Origin: a virus | Taxonomy: Duplodnaviria > Caudoviricetes | Reading direction: 5' to 3' (one strand) | Virus record (IMG/VR): IMGVR_UViG_3300023180_000213 | Coordinates: 1-33,097 of that record | Length of the DNA stretch: 33,097 nucleotides | Shown: positions 17,783-24,407 of the stretch, piece after piece | How positions within the stretch are numbered: the first letter of the stretch is position 1 | Layout: every line of letters starts with the position of its first letter | Notes under the pieces: model-generated | The model's input: only the letters and a program-made list of their open reading frames with translations | Told to the model about the DNA's origin: nothing | Database searches by the model: none | Program-made: the position numbers and the translations under genes

Positions 17783-18913
17783 ATGAGACCAAAATCATTT
17801 TTTATCAACGGCGGTGCGGGTCGTGTGATTTGTTCAATTCCTGCTTTAGAGAAGTATCAAGAGGACCATCCAGACGAAGACTTCGTAATTGTTTGCGAGG
17901 GAGGAAGTGACTTCTTCAGAGGACATCCTACTCTATACAGCAAGGTTTATGATCACTGGCACAAGAATTTGTTCCAGGATAAACTAAAGGATACGGACAT
18001 TTGCACTCCAGAACCATATCGTGTCTGGGAGTATTACAACCAGAAGTGTAATCTGTCACAAGCATTTGACATTTGCATCAACAATAAAGGTATTAGAGAT
18101 CTCCCAGATCCTACTATCAAATTAACTAGAGACGAATCTGTAAAAGGCAAAATGATTGTTGCCGAGGTTCGTGCCAAAACAAATAAAAAGAAGACAGTCG
18201 TTTTCCAACCTTTCGGCCGTGGAGTTACTGCTCAAGGTAATCTAGTCTTTGACTCTTCAGGAAGAAGTTTTGAATATCATAATGCTGTCAATATTGTAAG
18301 AAGACTGCAGAAGAAATATTCTGTTATTTGGTTCAGTGAACTTCCTCTAGATGTGGAACGTCTTGGACTGAAAGATACTGTTTCTATTCCTGCATCTCAA
18401 CAGGTAGATCTTCGTACATGGGCAGGCATCATCAAGGAAGCAGATCTTGTTCTTGGTTGTGACTCTGTAGGACAACACATTGCAAAGTCGATGGACAAAC
18501 CAGCAGTTGTTGTAGTTGGATCTACGTTTGCCGAGAATATCTCATATCCAGACTGGGATAAGTTTGATATTCTAGATATGGGAGAGGGTCAGAGAGTTTA
18601 TGATCCTATTCGCATTGCAATGGATGACGAATCCTACAGAGCGAATGATGGTATAATGGCCATGAATGATAAGGTTGAAGAAGTCATTCTTAAGTCAGTT
18701 GACAAACTGATGAACAAATACTATCGCAAACCAGAATCAGAAGTAATTCTTCCTGAAGAATGGGGATGTGGTCCTCAAGGATGCGATTCACAACAACCAC
18801 AACTAGAACAAAAAAAGGAGAAGTCAAACATCTTTAGTGACATGCAAGTGACACAAGATGCAGTAGCATCAAAACCACCAGGGTTTTCAAATTCCGTTAA
18901 GATTGCAAAATAA
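17783..18913 (+). CDS. GT9-like (heptosyltransferase-fold) glycosyltransferase
   Basis: N-terminal GGAGRVICSIPAL (compare GT9 GD.....P), VVFQPFG, and LR.WAGIIKEADLVLGCDSVGQHIAKSMDKPAVVVVG (GT9 DSG..H.A.A...P.V.LFG signature). Confidence 0.7.
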   Translation: MRPKSFFINGGAGRVICSIPALEKYQEDHPDEDFVIVCEGGSDFFRGHPTLYSKVYDHWHKNLFQDKLKDTDICTPEPYRVWEYYNQKCNLSQAFDICINNKGIRDLPDPTIKLTRDESVKGKMIVAEVRAKTNKKKTVVFQPFGRGVTAQGNLVFDSSGRSFEYHNAVNIVRRLQKKYSVIWFSELPLDVERLGLKDTVSIPASQQVDLRTWAGIIKEADLVLGCDSVGQHIAKSMDKPAVVVVGSTFAENISYPDWDKFDILDMGEGQRVYDPIRIAMDDESYRANDGIMAMNDKVEEVILKSVDKLMNKYYRKPESEVILPEEWGCGPQGCDSQQPQLEQKKEKSNIFSDMQVTQDAVASKPPGFSNSVKIAK

Positions 18914-18926
18914 TTGAGGTATTACA

Positions 18927-20645
18927 ATGACAAACATTCTCGCTATTGCCAGAGGACACAATGGCAGTACGACTTTGCTGCAAGATGGTGAAGTAGTTTT
19001 TTATCTAGAAGAAGAAAGACTTTCTAGATTCAAGTATGACGGAACACCTTTGATGGGTATTCTGAAAGCGTTTGAATACGTAGATCACATCGATCATCTC
19101 GTGATCTGCCATACTCATCGTCATGGGCCTACATCTGATTGGACATCAGAAGATATTTACGAGTGCTTTGTAAGAAAGATCGCTGGTAAAAGATTTGAAT
19201 TCAAAACTCACTACATTGATAACGTTCATCATGAGATGCACGCTGCTTGTGGTTTCTATAACTCTGGTTTCGATGAAGCTGCTGTCGTTATTGCTGACGG
19301 AGCAGGTAGTTTTCTGGACCTGGGCGAACCTATCAAAAATGTAGGATACGAATTTGAAACTATCTTTGATGCCACTTATGATAAAGAAGTTGGTGAAGGA
19401 TATGCTAACAGATTTGATACTGTTTGGAAGCATATCGGAACCAGAGAACCATGTGGCATGTTCGAGCAGGATGGTGTCTATGTAACCGAGTATCCTGGTC
19501 ACACCAAAATGTATGAAGCAGTAACACAATACTGTGGATTCCCTGCTATTGAAGCAGGTAAACTTATGGGCCTGTCTCCATATGGTAAAGAGAATGATGA
19601 ACTACCATCATTCTTTGATGCAACTGGCGAGTGGGGAAATCGTGAATTAATTATTCCGACATATCCTAACGCTGCTCAACTTAATTACGCACGTTATGAC
19701 ATTTTGAAGGATGATGTCACTCGCCATAAAGAAGGTGAATTCACTGAAGTTCAAAAGGATCTTGCTTACAAGATCCAGAAAGAAACATCAGAAAGAATGG
19801 TCACCTTGATTCGTAGAGCGCACGAATTGACTGGTAAAACTAATATTGTTATTTGCGGTGGTTACGGTCTCAACTGCGTTGCAAACTACAAGTATTGGAA
19901 AGAGTTCCCTGATCTGAACATCTATTGTGAACCAATCTCTCACGATGGTGGTACTTCGATCGGTGGTGCTAAATGGGTTTGGCACCAACTCAATGAAACC
20001 AAGAAGTCGTCTGGTAAGCAGGAATCTGTTTACTACGGACCACAGTATGATCCTTCTACATATGAATCTGATCTTGGTGATCTTGATATTCGCGATACTT
20101 CTTACGGTGATATCGCACAACTCATCCGTGATGGTAATATCGTGACTATCTACCAAGGTCGCTCTGAAGGTGGTCCCCGTGCTCTCGGTAACAGATCTAT
20201 CCTCTTCGATCCTACGATCAAGGACGGAAAAGATTTTGTCAACACTGTCAAGCGTCGTGAATGGTTCAGACCATTTGCTTGCTCTATCAAGAAAGAAGCA
20301 GTTCATGACTGGTTCGACCTTGCTGGCCGTGAAGAAACTCCCCACATGATGTATGCTGTCAAGTGTCATGATGGTGTAGAAGAGAAGATTCCTTCTGTCA
20401 TCCACGTTGATAATACTTGCAGAATTCAGACTGTAACCCAAGAGCAGAATGAGCATTACTATAATCTCATTGATGCTTTCGAGAAGTTGAGCGAAGTTCC
20501 CATCTTGTTCAACACCTCATTTAACCTCGGAGGAGAACCTCTAGTTGAAACTATTGAAGATGCTGTAAAGACTCTCACCAATAGTGACATTGAATATCTG
20601 TATCTCCCAGAGATTCAGAAACTTGTTTATGTACCCAACGAATGA
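18927..20645 (+). CDS. O-carbamoyltransferase, NodU/CmcH/TobZ family
   Basis: EEERLSR.K, HH..HA, DG.G, GKLMGL, GG..LNCVAN, DGG.SIG, GPRALGNRSIL, KRREWFRPFA, HVD.TCRIQTV and NTSFN motifs. Confidence 0.95.
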   Translation: MTNILAIARGHNGSTTLLQDGEVVFYLEEERLSRFKYDGTPLMGILKAFEYVDHIDHLVICHTHRHGPTSDWTSEDIYECFVRKIAGKRFEFKTHYIDNVHHEMHAACGFYNSGFDEAAVVIADGAGSFLDLGEPIKNVGYEFETIFDATYDKEVGEGYANRFDTVWKHIGTREPCGMFEQDGVYVTEYPGHTKMYEAVTQYCGFPAIEAGKLMGLSPYGKENDELPSFFDATGEWGNRELIIPTYPNAAQLNYARYDILKDDVTRHKEGEFTEVQKDLAYKIQKETSERMVTLIRRAHELTGKTNIVICGGYGLNCVANYKYWKEFPDLNIYCEPISHDGGTSIGGAKWVWHQLNETKKSSGKQESVYYGPQYDPSTYESDLGDLDIRDTSYGDIAQLIRDGNIVTIYQGRSEGGPRALGNRSILFDPTIKDGKDFVNTVKRREWFRPFACSIKKEAVHDWFDLAGREETPHMMYAVKCHDGVEEKIPSVIHVDNTCRIQTVTQEQNEHYYNLIDAFEKLSEVPILFNTSFNLGGEPLVETIEDAVKTLTNSDIEYLYLPEIQKLVYVPNE

Positions 20646-21040
20646 AAATCTCTTTTGTAAATGGATGTTTTGATGTGCTCCATCCAGGGCACATCGAACT
20701 CCTGAAGTATGCCAGGTCTCTTGGTGACTACCTCATCGTTGCTATCGATTCCGACAGGAAAGTAGCAGAGATGAAAGGTCCCGAGAGACCTATTTTTTCG
20801 CAGCATGACAGATCTACTATGCTAGCCGCAATAAGGTATGTGGATGTTGTTCATGTGTTTGACACAAAGGGAGAGTTGGAGGATTTGCTAGAATCCATCT
20901 CGCCTGATATAATGATTGTAGGTTCTGACTGGAAAGGAAAAGAAGTAGTAGGTTCGCAGTATGCAAAATCAGTTCGGTTTTTTGATAGACTCGGAAATTA
21001 CTCCACAACACAAACAATTGAAGGTACTCCTTATCGGTGA
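20642..21040 (+). CDS. heptose-1-phosphate nucleotidyltransferase (HldC / RfaE domain II-like)
   Basis: NGCFDVLHPGH (HxGH), LIVAIDSD, KGPERP, GSDW and YSTT motifs. Confidence 0.85.
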   Translation: MKISFVNGCFDVLHPGHIELLKYARSLGDYLIVAIDSDRKVAEMKGPERPIFSQHDRSTMLAAIRYVDVVHVFDTKGELEDLLESISPDIMIVGSDWKGKEVVGSQYAKSVRFFDRLGNYSTTQTIEGTPYR

Positions 21041-21746
21041 TTCCTGTATCGATAGATATGTGTATGGTAAGTGCTCCAGATTGAGTCCAGAAGGTCCTGT
21101 ACCAGTTCTCGAAAAGACTCGGGCACAAGAGACTATGGGCATGGCATGGAACGTTAGAAAAAATCTCATGGCTTTCGGTATAGAGGTTTATATCATGACC
21201 AATGAGGAGATGCCAATTAAAACCAGATTTGTTGATGAGAAATCAAATCATCAGATTATGAGATTGGATGAGAACGATGAAGTAAAGCCTTTTGATTGGG
21301 AGATGCCAAAAGAAGACTTTGATGCCATGGTTATTTCCGATTACAATAAAGGATTCTTGTCTGAAGAGAAGATCTTCGAACTATGTGATTGGTTTAAGAA
21401 ACCTGTTTTTATCGATAGTAAAAAAACTAAACTACCAAGGAAGTGTTTCATCAAACTAAATGATGGCGAAGCACAGAAGTTAGAAGGGGAATATCCTTTC
21501 TTGATTACTACAAAAGGATCTGAAGGTGCCACCTTCAAAGGTAGATTGTATCCTGGAACTAAAGTTCCTGTGTTTGATGTAGCAGGTGCTGGTGATACAT
21601 TCTTGTCTGCTTTAGTATTCCATTACCTCAACAGTGGTGTTATGGAGTCTGCTATTCCTTTTGCAAACAGAGCAGCTGCTATTGCTGTATCTAATCCAGG
21701 AACTTATGTATTGACAGAGGATGATGTGAATGATCTATGTAATTGA
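21018..21746 (+). CDS. PfkB-family sugar kinase (HldA / RfaE domain I-like); start uncertain (TTG 21018 or ATG 20961)
   Basis: LLIGDSCIDRYVYG...RLSPEGPVPV, KTRF, ISDYNKG and DVAGAGDTF motifs. Confidence 0.88.
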   Translation: MKVLLIGDSCIDRYVYGKCSRLSPEGPVPVLEKTRAQETMGMAWNVRKNLMAFGIEVYIMTNEEMPIKTRFVDEKSNHQIMRLDENDEVKPFDWEMPKEDFDAMVISDYNKGFLSEEKIFELCDWFKKPVFIDSKKTKLPRKCFIKLNDGEAQKLEGEYPFLITTKGSEGATFKGRLYPGTKVPVFDVAGAGDTFLSALVFHYLNSGVMESAIPFANRAAAIAVSNPGTYVLTEDDVNDLCN

Positions 21747-22044
21747 CATTGATGGTACTATTTGTACCAACAATAATGGATATGAATTTAGTGTTCCATT
21801 GGAGGATAGAATCGCCCACATCAATGGGTTATACGATAGAGGACACTATATCAAATACTTTACTGCAAGAGGTATGGGGAGGCACCAAGGCAATGCTCAC
21901 AAAGCCTATACAGAGTTTTATACCATGACTGAAAATCAACTCAAGAAATGGGGTTGCAAATACCATGAGTTGATCATGGGTAAACCATCTGGGGATATAT
22001 ATATTGACGATAAAGGAGTGACTGATGTCAGATACTTTGATTAA
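21730..22044 (+). CDS. minimal HAD-family phosphatase (candidate GmhB equivalent)
   Basis: DIDGT motif I, FTARG motif II, GKP...YIDDK motifs III and IV. Confidence 0.8.
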   Translation: MIYVIDIDGTICTNNNGYEFSVPLEDRIAHINGLYDRGHYIKYFTARGMGRHQGNAHKAYTEFYTMTENQLKKWGCKYHELIMGKPSGDIYIDDKGVTDVRYFD

Positions 22045-22381
22045 ACATGTACCCAAAGGATGGGGTTATGAAAAATGGATCGTCAATAATGAAAAATATT
22101 GCGGCAAACTTCTTTTCTTCGAGGCAGGTAAGAAGTGCTCTTGGCATTACCACAAACTAAAGCACGAAACTTTTTATTTACAGTCAGGTAAAATTCATCT
22201 TTATTATGGATTTGATGACGATCTATATACAGCTGATCGCATAGTATTAACCCCTGGAATCCCTTTTGAGGTTCCCAGGGGAATGAGGCATCAAATGATT
22301 GCCTTGGAAGATTCTGAATTGTATGAGTTCTCTACGACTCACTATGATTCTGATTCATATCGGGTGGTGAAGGGCGATTAA
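22025..22381 (+). CDS. cupin sugar(-phosphate) isomerase-like protein
   Basis: KGWG.E, S.HYH..K.ETF and G.RH cupin metal-binding motifs, resembling the type II phosphomannose isomerase cupin domain. Confidence 0.75.
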   Translation: MSDTLIKHVPKGWGYEKWIVNNEKYCGKLLFFEAGKKCSWHYHKLKHETFYLQSGKIHLYYGFDDDLYTADRIVLTPGIPFEVPRGMRHQMIALEDSELYEFSTTHYDSDSYRVVKGD

Positions 22382-23153
22382 CGTATTCTTCAACCGTTGT
22401 AAACTTATATTTGAACCAATCCATAGATGTTCTGGTATCATATTGATACTTACCTTTTAGATGTTCGGGGAAGGGGATCTCAATGATCTCCGCCCCGTAT
22501 TTTTTTGCAATGATTTCTGCGATGTCTTTGAAAGAATAAGAATGATTAGATCCCATATCATAGATGCCTGATCCGCATCTATTGTTTGGAACAATGCGAA
22601 CGATATCATCAACACAGATAAAGTCTCTGTAAATATCGTCAGATCCTTCAAATATTTTTATTTTACCAGTCATCTTTGCTTGTTCAGTGAACTTGCTGAT
22701 TGGACTTCTTTGGTCACCTTTATGTTCCTCTCCGTCTCCATAGACGTTGAAGAATCTAAACCCTTGAATTTTATTAAACTTATCAATATTATCTTGCACC
22801 CAGTAATCTACCTGGACTTTTGTGAGTGCATAATAATTTAATGGGTTAATACTGCCGTCCGTAAAATTTCCATAGACAGATGCAGAAGAAGCATATCTAA
22901 CAGGAATTTGATATTCAATTGCTTTTTCAAATAACTTCAGTGTGAGTTCTACATTATAGAAATGAAGTTTATTGAGATCTGTTTCTGTTGTGGAAGAGAT
23001 GGCTCCCATGTGAATGATTTCATCCACATCTTGCCACCTACCAAATCTTTCTAAAATATGAATAGCATTATGTTGTTCTACACCCAAGTGTTGTTCATAT
23101 TGTTTAGCGAAGTGAGATCCGATAAATCCTGCAGACCCCGTAATCATTTTCAT
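22332..23153 (-). CDS. hldD: ADP-L-glycero-D-manno-heptose 6-epimerase-like extended SDR
   Basis: TGSAGFIGS, H.GAISSTTE, YASSASVYG, PLNYYALTK (YxxxK), GFRFFNVYG, RDFI.VDD and GKYQ motifs. ATG at 23153 with GAGG 7 nt upstream; the track starts at TTG 23159. Confidence 0.85.
   Translation of the reverse strand: MKMITGSAGFIGSHFAKQYEQHLGVEQHNAIHILERFGRWQDVDEIIHMGAISSTTETDLNKLHFYNVELTLKLFEKAIEYQIPVRYASSASVYGNFTDGSINPLNYYALTKVQVDYWVQDNIDKFNKIQGFRFFNVYGDGEEHKGDQRSPISKFTEQAKMTGKIKIFEGSDDIYRDFICVDDIVRIVPNNRCGSGIYDMGSNHSYSFKDIAEIIAKKYGAEIIEIPFPEHLKGKYQYDTRTSMDWFKYKFTTVEEYVNRPSPPDMNQNHSES
22466..22506 (+). terminator. probable terminator of the + strand sugar operon, inside the antisense hldD gene
   Basis: CGGGG-AA-GGGGATC-TCAAT-GATCTCC-G-CCCCG followed by TATTTTTTT, 85 nt after the cupin stop. 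Confidence 0.6.
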
Positions 23154-23167
23154 GCTCAAACCTCAAT

Positions 23168-23175
23168 TATAAATA
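23168..23175 (+). promoter_or_regulatory. late promoter TATAAATA for 23218
   Basis: Perfect consensus, intergenic. Confidence 0.85.
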
Positions 23176-23191
23176 GCATTAACATATAGTG

Positions 23192-23199
23192 TATTTATC
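23192..23199 (-). promoter_or_regulatory. late promoter GATAAATA for hldD
   Basis: TATTTATC on the + strand reads GATAAATA on the - strand, upstream of the hldD RBS. Confidence 0.65.
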
Positions 23200-23217
23200 C
23201 ACGACTAGGGAAGAGGT

Positions 23218-24387
23218 ATGTCATCACACCCAACGTTTGGTTACTTGGCGGGGGTAATTCCAAGTATACCAAAAAGAAATACTTTACTGTACACCGCACA
23301 AGCATCCGAGCTTGCTGAAGGCACAATTATCGTAACTCACAAAAATCCTTACCCCACAAAAATTAGAATTCTTGTTGTTGATCAATCAGATATGGTCAAC
23401 GGGGTTCCCCAAGTCGCGACTAAATCATTCTGCTATTTTAACATATTTGTTGGGGAAGGAGACACGTTTGAAACTCAAACGATGTATGTCTCTGATAATC
23501 AATCAATTTTAGTATGGTCTGATAGACCAGATACAAACTTTGTTTTTCAAGGTTCCGTAGTTACGCTACCAGAAACTGGTTCTGGTCTTATTGCTTCCAA
23601 GGTAGTTAATAAAATAGAAAGACAAGAGATTCTATTTACAAATGGTGCTGATGATCAGAAAACAGTAAGTATTTTTGCTTGCAACAAAGGTGCTGATGTA
23701 GCAAGAATCCGCATGGGTGTTGCGGTTGCTGGAAGACCATATCCATATATTGATGCAACAGAATATTATGACTTCAACATCAAGTTAAGCCCTGGTCAGA
23801 CTTATGTAAGAACCAACGTAAGAGTGGGTGGCGGAAAAAGTCTTATTGTTAGGTCTGATAGTGAAGATGTTAACTGGATTTCTCTCGGAACATCAAACTT
23901 CGAGGCAACCACACAGGTAAGTCTTGCACTCCCAGGTAATCTATCTGTAGGTGGTACAGCCACGTTCCAAGGAGAATCTACATTTACAGATGATATTACA
24001 ATCAACTCACCAGAAATTGATTACAGTCTTTCGGTTCTTCGTGGTTATAATGTAAACGCTATCAACACTTGGTACATCGATAGTAACAATGGTAAAGCCT
24101 TCTTTAATGATGTACTTTTAAGTGGTGATATTGAATCTACTGGCGGTATTACTATTAATGATGGCAACGGAGATCCAGTCTTTACGGTAGATCCAGTAAC
24201 TGGTGATGTGAATGTCGGAGGTGCTCTTTCTGCAGGCACTTTCAACTATGAAATCTCTATTGACGGTGATTTAGATCTTCTAAATAATAGAGTAATAAAT
24301 ATGGCAGAACCACAGGCGGCATCGGACGCTGCGACACGTAGGTATGTCGATAACTACGCTATCATTTATGCGGTTGCTCTCTCATAA
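23218..24387 (+). CDS. virion structural or short fibre protein
   Basis: Two N-terminal domains resembling 13357..13677, a beta-rich shaft, and a C-terminal NRVINMAEPQAASDAATRRYVD trimeric neck motif. Confidence 0.75.
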   Translation: MSSHPTFGYLAGVIPSIPKRNTLLYTAQASELAEGTIIVTHKNPYPTKIRILVVDQSDMVNGVPQVATKSFCYFNIFVGEGDTFETQTMYVSDNQSILVWSDRPDTNFVFQGSVVTLPETGSGLIASKVVNKIERQEILFTNGADDQKTVSIFACNKGADVARIRMGVAVAGRPYPYIDATEYYDFNIKLSPGQTYVRTNVRVGGGKSLIVRSDSEDVNWISLGTSNFEATTQVSLALPGNLSVGGTATFQGESTFTDDITINSPEIDYSLSVLRGYNVNAINTWYIDSNNGKAFFNDVLLSGDIESTGGITINDGNGDPVFTVDPVTGDVNVGGALSAGTFNYEISIDGDLDLLNNRVINMAEPQAASDAATRRYVDNYAIIYAVALS

Positions 24388-24407
24388 GAACGAATCTGGA
24401 GTTTTAG

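Noticed and set aside
17783-23153. Sugar cassette as a bacterial LPS island or assembly chimera
   Set aside because: It is flanked by phage late-promoter motifs, the genes are compact and overlapping, and it is contiguous with virion genes on both sides with no integrase or host genes.
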